A stretch of DNA of 64,000 nucleotides from positions 678 through 64,677 of the forward strand of contig CALMAV010000178.1 in assembly GCA_937859895.1 (NCBI GenBank), written 5' to 3'. Shown piece after piece: positions 46,686 through 54,538 of the stretch. The stretch is from an uncultured Bryobacterales bacterium (GTDB lineage Bacteria; Acidobacteriota; Terriglobia; Bryobacterales; Bryobacteraceae). The notes under the pieces are model-generated. The model was not told the DNA's origin and did not search any database. It worked only from the letters and a program-made list of their open reading frames with translations. Position 1 is the stretch's first letter, and the number at the start of each line of letters is the position of its first letter. A program made the translations under genes and the position numbers.

Positions 46686-46718
46686 ACATGTCCGATAAGC
46701 TTTCCTTATCGGACGTGT
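46686..46718. promoter_or_regulatory. Inverted repeat upstream of the 45582..46673 integrase; candidate recombinase-binding site or operator
   Basis: ACATGTCCGATAAG-ctttc-CTTATCGGACGTGT has 14-bp arms with 1 mismatch (the inner 10 bp are perfect). It lies 13-45 bp upstream of the start codon. Confidence 0.4.
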
Positions 46719-46853
46719 CCCGACAACCCTTCGCCAACACGCAGCCGTTCGCCCTATACTGAGGGTTTAGCTGCTCGGAATACGCTGAGACGCCTGTAGG
46801 AAGGCTTTCCGGGACCTCTGCAGGGGTTTAAAGCTCTGAGCCAGGGGAGACAC

Positions 46854-47366
46854 GTGGCAGGTCGGAAACAATGGTTAGACCGGCTCGGGGGAGTGGGCGA
46901 GAAGCTCGCGGCACTTCCGCCAGACTTATCCCTAGACCGAGAACTGCTGGAGAAGTTGCTGGGCGTGCCGGGACGCACCGCCCTCCGCATCCTGGTTGAG
47001 CTCGGCGCGACTAAGGACGAGAGTGGACGCTTGGTCTTATCGCAGTCGGCCTTTCGCCAGGCCCTGGACTCGCCGGATATCCGGGAAAGCGTGGAGGCGC
47101 GTCAGGCTCGACGGCACGGCACCGAGGATTTGCTGGCTTTACAGAGCCGGTTTCGGCGCGGATACAACCACCGGTTTCCCTTGGTGGAAAACCAGGAACG
47201 CTGGTCCCTCGATGCGTTACCCGAAGCGATTGAGCTGACTCCGGGCCGGTTGAGCATCGAGTTTGCCGATCTGCCGGATTTGCTTTGGCAGCTGGAAGTG
47301 CTGGTGGCTACCCTCATTGACGATCGAAGCACAGCCGAAGCCCGGGTAGGCGAAGGAGGGACTTGA
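46854..47366 (+). CDS. Hypothetical protein (170 aa), possible winged helix
   Basis: The ORF's stop overlaps the start of the ScpA-like gene (TTGA). The segment LLEKLLGVPGRTALRILVELGATKDESGRLVL looks wHTH-like. Confidence 0.5.
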   Translation: MAGRKQWLDRLGGVGEKLAALPPDLSLDRELLEKLLGVPGRTALRILVELGATKDESGRLVLSQSAFRQALDSPDIRESVEARQARRHGTEDLLALQSRFRRGYNHRFPLVENQERWSLDALPEAIELTPGRLSIEFADLPDLLWQLEVLVATLIDDRSTAEARVGEGGT

Positions 47367-48166
47367 AGCATCCCTTGCCTGTCCCTCGAACGGCTGCCCG
47401 CCTGCCGCTTTGTCTGACCGGCGAAGAAGGATTCGAAGGACCTTTGGACGCGCTGCTCGCGTTGCTCGACGGACAGCCGGATCGGATCCTCCAGGTCCCG
47501 GTGGCCGAGCTCACCGAGCAGTATCTGGCCTGGCTGGAAAGCGCTCAGGACCGGGGATTGGCTGAGCAGGTGGAGTTCGTAGAGACAGCTGTGTCCCTCA
47601 TCCGGCTCAAGACGGAGGTGTTGCTGCAGCAATGGGGATGTACGGAGGAGGAGCAAGCAGCGCCCGAAAGCGCCTTGGCCAACAGGGAGAAAGACCCCCG
47701 CGAAGATCTCCGGCGGCAATTGCAGGCGCATCAGGAGCAACTGGTACGCTGGCGCGATTCGCTACAGGAGGCGGCCCGAGAACTCGGGAGTGGGTTCTTC
47801 GGGGGCGCCGCTTCCCTCCCCCGCGGGCGGGATCTGCAAGCTGAGGAGAAGCGACAGGCTACTGCCACGGAGCTGCTAGTCCGGATCCGGGAGGCCCGAC
47901 GTCTTTATGCTAAGCGCTTCCCCGGAATCGAGATCGAGCACGAGCCGCTGACCGAGGCGCGCCTAGCCGACTGGCTGGGGGAGCAGCTGGAAGAGCGGGG
48001 AGAGCCAGTAGACTTTGAAACCCTGCTGGAGGCGCAGGAGCTGCCGGGGGAGGGGTGCCTGTTGTTCTTGGCTTTATTACAAGGCTGCAAGGCTGCAAAG
48101 TGGACGGTCCGGCAAGCGGAAGCTTTTGGGGTAATTCAGGTTGATCTCCGTACTCTCAGCAGCTAG
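47363..48166 (+). CDS. ScpA-like (segregation and condensation protein A / kleisin) protein (267 aa)
   Basis: GFEGPLDALLALLDGQPDRILQVPVAELTEQYLAWL...QVEFVETAVSLIRLKTEVLL matches the ScpA N-terminal consensus (F.GPLDLLL.LI.....DI..I.I..IT.QYL.Y.....EFL.MAA.L...KS..LL). The C-terminal winged helix is less clear. Confidence 0.6.
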   Translation: MKHPLPVPRTAARLPLCLTGEEGFEGPLDALLALLDGQPDRILQVPVAELTEQYLAWLESAQDRGLAEQVEFVETAVSLIRLKTEVLLQQWGCTEEEQAAPESALANREKDPREDLRRQLQAHQEQLVRWRDSLQEAARELGSGFFGGAASLPRGRDLQAEEKRQATATELLVRIREARRLYAKRFPGIEIEHEPLTEARLADWLGEQLEERGEPVDFETLLEAQELPGEGCLLFLALLQGCKAAKWTVRQAEAFGVIQVDLRTLSS

Positions 48167-48544
48167 GAGGGATGAGCATTTCACGAGTCCAATCCTCCTT
48201 CCCTGAGGTTTCGGTCGATCTCGCCCAGTTGGTCGCGATACCTATGAGATATCCGAGAGGTAGTCCCTTCTCTTTTGCCGCACCACAACACACTGGGTTT
48301 CATGCTGGTTGCGTGTTGGCTAGTCGATAGACGCCCGATATGGGCTCGATACCCTTTCAGTTCCCTTCCCTGCCCCTCATTACTTTCTCGCTTATTTGGA
48401 CAGGCAGCCGTGCCCTATCTGGCTGCCGTCTTATGAGTATCCTCCGCTAGCGAACAAATAGCGTCTTTATCCAACGGCTTGAATAGCGAGCTCAATTCCA
48501 AAGAAGCACAATCGTGATCCGCTGGGGCGATCGGTAGCTATATG

Positions 48545-49050
48545 ATCGCTGATAGCTGATAGCCTGCCGAAACCAATAAAATAGCCCTTGATCAACCTTG
48601 TACCCGGCGTATCCGTATCTTCATCTGCGTGATCAGGAATCAAGTATCTTGTTGCTATCTGCCAGGCAGGCACCCTGCATCCTTCAGGTACCCGCCCGAT
48701 CAACAGAGGCTAGCTTGTAGATATCTGATAGTCAAACGATACTAATTGGATAGCCCACTGGTTAACCCAGTGCGGCGTACCCATATCTCTATCTGAGTGA
48801 CCAGGAATCGTACCTTGTTGCTATTTCCAGGTAGACACCCTGCAACCATCAGATACTCGCCGATCTACAGAGGCTAGCTTACAGATATCTGATAGTCAGA
48901 CGATACTGATTGGATAGCCTATTGGTCAACCTCTGCACGGCGTACCCATATCTCTATCTGAGTGATCAGGAATCGGGTATCTTGCTGCTATCTTCCCAGG
49001 TAGGCATCCGGTATCCGTTAGGTAGCTGCCCGTTTTACAAAGCAGTGAGC
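48545..49050. repeat. About three tandem copies of a ~164-bp repeat
   Basis: The anchor ATATCTGATAGTCA(A/G)ACGATACT(A/G)ATTGGATAGCC occurs at 48721 and 48885, giving a 164-bp period, with a more diverged copy from about 48547. Each unit shares GGCGTA(C/T)CC(A/G)TATCT.(C/T)ATCTG(A/C)GTGA(C/T)CAGGAATC. ORFs 48467..48703 and 48910..49104 fall inside it and are probably spurious. Confidence 0.7.
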
Positions 49051-49085
49051 TCCCATGATCATCCACCACGTCCTGCAACAATCTC

Positions 49086-49656
49086 CTATCGGATAGCTAT
49101 CTGATAGCCTTCTACTTTCCACCTTAGTCAGGAATGCTATTAGATATCCTATCGCCAGCTTACTTCGCCGCAGCCGGATTTACGCTCCGCAACGTGTCGC
49201 CCTGGATTGCCGAGCCGCCACCAAACGGCTAGTAGCAGATGGCTATCCGATAGCTCCCGCTCTACGATAGCTATCCGATAGCTACTCCGGCGGTTTTTTG
49301 GAACCATGCACGAACGAAAGACAGACTTAACCGAAAACATTGAGATCGTACCGGCCGAGGTCATGCTCGCTGACCACAATAAACATATTTTTCTTTCTCC
49401 GCGATTGGCGCTCAATAAGCTGAAACATCTTTAAGCGGAGACATTACTAAGGTAAGTTGGCGATCAGGTGTCCCTGTGTCCAGGGGAGCAGAGCGGCTCA
49501 ACCAAGAGATAGCTAACCGGCTCCTTGCTGTAGCCTTTGGCTCTGTTTCTTTGTGTCTGACCGATGTATTCGGCGCAAGCGACAGGCTTTCGTTATCCAA
49601 ATGCTATCTAAACGATATCGATTGTAATTGACTATCGGTTAGCTATCGGCTATCCT
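49086..49656. promoter_or_regulatory. Cluster of GATAGC / GCTATC boxes upstream of parA; candidate centromere / par operator
   Basis: CTATCGGATAGCTATCTGATAGCC (49086-49109), GGCTATCCGATAGCTCC (49241-49257), CGATAGCTATCCGATAGCTAC (49265-49285) and GACTATCGGTTAGCTATCGGCTATCC (49631-49656, about 30 bp before the parA RBS GGAGGA). The core palindrome is GATAGCTATC. Confidence 0.5.
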
Positions 49657-49688
49657 AGATCGATATTGAAAGCTGGAGGACCTGTTTT

Positions 49689-50405
49689 GTGCCCGTAATC
49701 GCGTTCGTGAATCCGAAAGGAGGGGCAGGGAAGTCCACTTCCGCTGTTGTCCTCGCGACTGAGTTGGCGATCAAAGGTGCCGGAGTGGTCATGCTTGATG
49801 CCGATCCCAACAGGGCGATAACACAGTGGTCAAAACTAGCAGGTTGTCCGCCAAGTATTTCGGTTGTGAGCACCGTTAGCGAGGCTACAATCATCGATGA
49901 AATAGACAGAGCGAGCGCCAGCCAACCCTTCGTCGTCGTGGATCTCGAAGGCACGGCATCAATGACAGTTGCGTATGCAATTAGTCGTTCAGACCTAGTC
50001 ATTATTCCAATCCAGGGATCTCAACTGGACGCGAAGGAGGGCGCAAAAGCGATCACTCTCATTCGGCAACAGGAGAGAGCCTTTGGAAAAACCATTCCTT
50101 TTTCAGTACTGTTCACCCGAACTAGTTCGGCGATCATTCCGCGCACCCTCCGTCACATCCAAGAGCAATTCATAAACAATGCGGTCAGCTCATTCAAGAC
50201 ACAACTTCACGAACGAGAAGCCTACCGGGCGCTCTTCTCCTTTGGCGGAACACTCGAGAGCTTAAACAGTAAAGAAGTGAGCGGTTTAACCAAGGCGATC
50301 GAGAATGCACGCGCATTTACAGCAGAGGTGATCGGTCATCTCAGAGAGTGCTCGGAAATCCAGTCGCAGAGAAAGGCGAAATCCGCAGAGGTTGTTTACA
50401 AATGA
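49689..50405 (+). CDS. parA: ParA-family partition ATPase (238 aa)
   Basis: Deviant Walker A IAFVNPKGGAGKSTSAVVLA, MLDADPN and VVVDLEG. It has a GTG start preceded by GGAGGA, and its stop overlaps the partner gene start (ATGA). Confidence 0.9.
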   Translation: MPVIAFVNPKGGAGKSTSAVVLATELAIKGAGVVMLDADPNRAITQWSKLAGCPPSISVVSTVSEATIIDEIDRASASQPFVVVDLEGTASMTVAYAISRSDLVIIPIQGSQLDAKEGAKAITLIRQQERAFGKTIPFSVLFTRTSSAIIPRTLRHIQEQFINNAVSSFKTQLHEREAYRALFSFGGTLESLNSKEVSGLTKAIENARAFTAEVIGHLRECSEIQSQRKAKSAEVVYK

Positions 50406-50848
50406 GCGAGAGGGTAAACATCTTCGACGACTCCGAGATTGACATAAGTGGATTTGAACCTCGTCCAGCTGGAAACCGGCAGCCAGGGCCATCCCAAGCT
50501 GACCTCCGACGCATCTCAGAGGGTTCTAGCTTCGTCAGCAGAGATCCGCAACGAACAGCGGCCCCAACACCAGGGGAGGCGGCAGTTACAGTTAGAAAAC
50601 AGCGAACGTATAGGACAGGACGGAACGTTCAGTTCAATACAAAGGCAAAGGCCACAACGGTAGAGGCCTTCGACAGATTCATGGATGAGCTACGGCTATC
50701 GAAAGCAGAAAGTCTGGAGTTTGCTGCGGCGGCATTGAACTACTTTGTTGGCCTACAGAATCTCGATCCTGAGCTTTCAGCTGATTTTAAGGAGAAGATT
50801 TCTGAACTACGACGTCGTTTCCAGGGCAGGGAACAGGCGGATCACTAG
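50402..50848 (+). CDS. Small partition partner, probably a ribbon-helix-helix centromere-binding protein (148 aa)
   Basis: The start is set at MSERVNIF (ATGA overlap with parA). The motif YRTGRNVQFNTKAKATTVEAFDRFMDEL...ESLEFAAAAL is the pattern I recall from type-Ib ParG/ParB-like RHH proteins encoded after plasmid parA genes. Confidence 0.6.
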   Translation: MSERVNIFDDSEIDISGFEPRPAGNRQPGPSQADLRRISEGSSFVSRDPQRTAAPTPGEAAVTVRKQRTYRTGRNVQFNTKAKATTVEAFDRFMDELRLSKAESLEFAAAALNYFVGLQNLDPELSADFKEKISELRRRFQGREQADH

Positions 50849-50867
50849 CAGTTCTCGCCCAAAGCAA

Positions 50868-52373
50868 CTATCTTAGTATGCGCTGAGTTTGTGATGTACG
50901 CCATTCGTCAAAAGTTGGCAAAGCCAGACTTTCCCTGATTTCCGAGGCTATTTGCTCTCGGCCGATTTGAAAAGCGTGCATCGGGAATGCCGAATCAAAC
51001 TCTTTCTCTTGCGGAGAGCGACGCTCAAGTATCTCTTCGACCTTCTCAACCAACGAAGATCCAGGAAAACGCCGCTCGATCTCCGGGTCCACGTAACGGT
51101 TGATCATAGCTCTGTAGTCGCTATGCAATTCCGCCAACTCCTGAGCCGCAACCGGGCGAGATTCTGAGTCTTGCTTCTTGCGAGGACTTACAAACTCGTC
51201 TGGTATTGGTAGGGCTGATTCTATCGAGTAGATGACGAATCCAGCTCGGTTTTTTATCTTTCCCCTTTGATCTGAGTCGATCAGATGCACTGCATATTCG
51301 CACTGCCGGCTTACGAACTCAGCAGAGTATCGACGCACCAAGCTTTCAGCCTTTGTTGCAGTAATTCCAACGCTCACAAGCGCCGAGAGCGCTGAAGCTT
51401 GAATGCTGGATAGAGAAAGCTCCGGGTTACCACTAAAAGTTTCGTTCAATCCACGCCGCTGAAAGACTGACAACAAGCGGAGGATTTCCTCACCAGGCGT
51501 AAGGACAACCTTGTAACCTTCCTTCGTAATCATCGGCAGGATACTCCATTTTGAGAGGTAGCCGATTGAGATTAATTCGTCCAAGGCCTTTCCCAGAGTA
51601 CTTTGGATTTTGGAGACAAATCGGTAGCAAGGAATCGCCAACATCATACAGAGATCGGCGTAGTCACGCTCGACATCTCGCCCTCGGCTAGCGTGGAACC
51701 ACAGATGAAGAAAGCCGAAGATGCCCTTTGCAGTAGGCCGTTTCAGCCTGCAATAGGCGTTGAAGTCCTCTGGCACCACATAGTTCGAGTTCAGATTCTC
51801 AAGTAGCCAATCTTCAAGTTCGATCTCGAAGAGCTCCGATCTTCCACTACCATCCGAATTGCTTCTTCCAACGCGCGTGAACCTCCTAAATACATGGACC
51901 GTTGTATTCGCATACTTCTTACGGGCTGCCATGTATATGACCTTTTCGGATGTAATTGTTGTGTCTGCCATCCGTTGACCCCAAACATTGATGTCTTCAT
52001 AGTTGGGGCCCGCGTCTGTTACCCCGAGCTCTTTAAGCAGATGAAAACCGCTAAATCGGACAGGGTTCTGAACAGAACCCTGCTTCAGCTTCATGCGCAT
52101 GGCTATCCTCATGAAGGCCAAGTATTTGTCGCGATCCGAAGTAGAAGGAAGACCCAGCGAGCTTCTGAAGACCGCGGAAACCTTAATTTTCTGACCCTCT
52201 CTGGTTACGGTTTGCTCAATACGACGCATAGTGTTGCTATTGCGTCTAACATCGTTAGCCCCGAAGAAGCCCATTTGCAGCAGGTTCTTCTCGAATCTGA
52301 CGAGGTCAACACCAACAGGAATTGATAAACTTTCTTGTTTACTTCCGTTCGAGGGTACCTTCGCAGCGGTCAT
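50868..52373 (-). CDS. Plasmid replication initiator-like protein (RepA / RPA-like, 501 aa)
   Basis: N-terminal pattern LLQMGFFGAN...KIKVSAVFRSSLGLPSTSDRDKYLAFMRIA...VRFSGFHLLKELG...GPNYEDINVWGQRMADTTI resembles replication-initiator-protein-A-type proteins (GLPT..D.d.l..L ... F....lL..lG....G..Y..l...l.RL..T.I). An iteron array lies directly upstream and the par genes are adjacent. Confidence 0.65.
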   Translation of the reverse strand: MTAAKVPSNGSKQESLSIPVGVDLVRFEKNLLQMGFFGANDVRRNSNTMRRIEQTVTREGQKIKVSAVFRSSLGLPSTSDRDKYLAFMRIAMRMKLKQGSVQNPVRFSGFHLLKELGVTDAGPNYEDINVWGQRMADTTITSEKVIYMAARKKYANTTVHVFRRFTRVGRSNSDGSGRSELFEIELEDWLLENLNSNYVVPEDFNAYCRLKRPTAKGIFGFLHLWFHASRGRDVERDYADLCMMLAIPCYRFVSKIQSTLGKALDELISIGYLSKWSILPMITKEGYKVVLTPGEEILRLLSVFQRRGLNETFSGNPELSLSSIQASALSALVSVGITATKAESLVRRYSAEFVSRQCEYAVHLIDSDQRGKIKNRAGFVIYSIESALPIPDEFVSPRKKQDSESRPVAAQELAELHSDYRAMINRYVDPEIERRFPGSSLVEKVEEILERRSPQEKEFDSAFPMHAFQIGREQIASEIRESLALPTFDEWRTSQTQRILR

Positions 52374-52483
52374 GTAGTTGTCTTGTTGTTGAGAATACTA
52401 TGAGAAGCAATCTCTGAAACACATTTTAAAACCTGTGGCTTTTTGGTAAGTGGCTAAAACAGAGGGCATAAGGAATGTTTTTT

Positions 52484-53934
52484 GCCATCCAGGTACGGTA
52501 TTACTGCCAACCGAGTACGGTATCGCTACCATTCGGATACGGGCTGTCCTACCAACCGGGTTCGGGCACAGTTGAAACTTGCTACGGATTCCATGCCAGC
52601 CGGGTACGGCGTTTGTCTATCTACTTGTCATTTCCGCAGCTTTCTAACCACACATCGCCGCTTTCACTACAAGCCTGCCGGGGCGACAACCTAACGCGGC
52701 ACGAACAGTGAGCTTTCCGAACTTGGCTGCATACCGCCCAGAGCTGAGACCGCAACTGAAAACCTCCTGCATCGAAGTGATCTTGGCCTTTCCAACCAGC
52801 TACGGAACAGATCTACCGTACTTGGTTGGTAGCGGTATGAGGTCCCAAGGCAGTATACGAAGGGAGATGGGCAACGGCCGTAGCTGGTTGGCAGACAATC
52901 TACTCCGTAGCCCGTTGGTAGATCCTTGCCTTTAAAGATCCCCTCCTCGAGGCAATTAGCTCCGTAGTGCTGAACGAATCACAATAGACAACCCGCAAAC
53001 CTATGTGAGTGAGCCGTTTGAGGCATCTACTCCACCCCGTAGCCGGTTGGCAGTCGTCGGCCTCTATTGGATGCGGAGCGCGACGACGATCCGCGTTTAG
53101 GTGAACTTCTGTGCATGATAGGAGCGGGGCAACCCATGCCAACCGGCTACGGACAGATCGGTTTCGAAGCTGTACGACAGAGCCTATGGCCTACAGTTCA
53201 GCTTTAAGTCGAAGCTTGCCAATGTTTCGTTGGCAGTCCGCATTGGCCTCGACTGGTTAATCCCCCGGCAAACGACAGGTACGGTTCCGATACACCAATT
53301 ACTCCGCAAACGGTTGGTAGAGCCTTCTTGACCAAGGGGCGACAGACGGAACACGAAATTGCTGTTCTCCGTTGCTGGTTGGCAGTGTTAGTGATACCCC
53401 GACAATCTAAACTCTGCGCCGTAGCTAGTTGGCAGTTTCATCCTGGACTTCCGACCCGCCGCCTTGAAATAGATGACCACCTAATTAATCACTTCCACCC
53501 GGCTACGGAAGGACGCTTTACTCCAGGCTAGAACGGCCGTGACCGGCAGCTTGCATTGATTTGATTGCGCCACTGACTGAGCATCCCTACGCGCTTCCGT
53601 AGCTGGTTGGCAGCGTACCGGAGAACCAGAAATGTTACGACTGTTCTCCAGGTCAGCTTCTGGCGACCAATCCGTACCGGGTTGGCAGTACGCCGCTTCG
53701 ACCATCTGTGTCCCTTTAGTTGCTGCTATCAGGTCCGTACCTGGTCGGCATTTTGGCACCTGCTGCTCCAACTGTGCTCCTTCAAATCGGCTGTGCGGTT
53801 TTGATGACCGGAATTGGAAGTGATATCTCAGCCGGAATTTGGGGTCGCATTCCCACCCTCCCGTAACCTGTGTGCCGTGCCAACTGGGTACGGAAATGTC
53901 GTTCAAAAGTTCTATCGTCGTACCTGGTTGGCAG
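52484..53934. repeat. Field of about 18-20 copies of a 17-bp iteron, consensus CCGTA(G/C)C(T/N)GGTTGGCAG
   Basis: Forward copies start at 52816, 52878 (exact), 52905, 53037, 53304 (weak), 53369, 53419, 53597 (exact), 53672, 53735 and 53918. Reverse copies (CTGCCAACC.G.TACGG) start near 52484, 52504, 52525 (weak), 52548, 52593, 52790, 53136 and 53876. The first five lie 110-240 bp upstream of repA at about 20-23-bp (or 45-bp) spacing. Confidence 0.8.
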
Positions 53935-54538
53935 AGCGACTCCCGGTTCCGAACCGTTGCGCTTCATTGCAAAGAATCAGATCTAATAAACACCGCCGGT
54001 TGACGACCCGAAAAAATCTGCGGTAAACCGCTACATCAGAGAGGTTTTGCAGGCACGGCTTATCCCCGGTATTGCGTAGCTACATACAATGCAAGAGAGC
54101 AGTTCACATGTTAGCGAACGATAATTCCTACTTGTCGTTAGCTATTTTCACTCCCCTCGCAGCAGGGGCGACAGAACTTCGCCAGACCGTCTAGACTGAA
54201 AGCAATTAGCCTATTAGGCCACAGTATCTGCCTTCAGTGTTGAAAAAGGAATGGTCTTGCGAAAGAGAGGCGGCGCCTTTCTCAAGGCTTTGAACGCGCC
54301 GAAGGCAACCGTTCGTTGCTGTTAAGTTGTGATCACATAAGAATCGACTGCTCCGGTATTGCCAGGCTTACGCGGATTGATTTTCGCCGCCCTGCATTCT
54401 GGCGCTTAGCGAAAATCTTGGGAGAGGTGCTGGCGGAATGGTGTCCGAAAGTGACCCTCAAACTTGCGAACGGCTATTACCGACTGTGTTTCCATTGCGC
54501 GATAAACCTCCAGCAAAGCGACAAGGCAAGCCGGAATC

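Noticed and set aside
24000-54000. Prophage interpretation of the accessory region
   Set aside because: No capsid, portal, terminase, tail or lysis genes are recognisable. The content (rep/par, recombinases, TA, IS relic) fits a plasmid or integrative-element mosaic instead.
52475-54026. Possible CRISPR array, or real small genes (ORFs 52475..52711, 52708..52935, 53481..53906 and others) in the repeat-rich region
   Set aside because: The repeats are only 17 bp, occur in both orientations and have irregular spacing of 20-130 bp, so this is not a CRISPR architecture. The ORFs overlap one another on both strands, are built from the repeats and have no recognisable motifs. The region is better explained as an iteron field next to repA.
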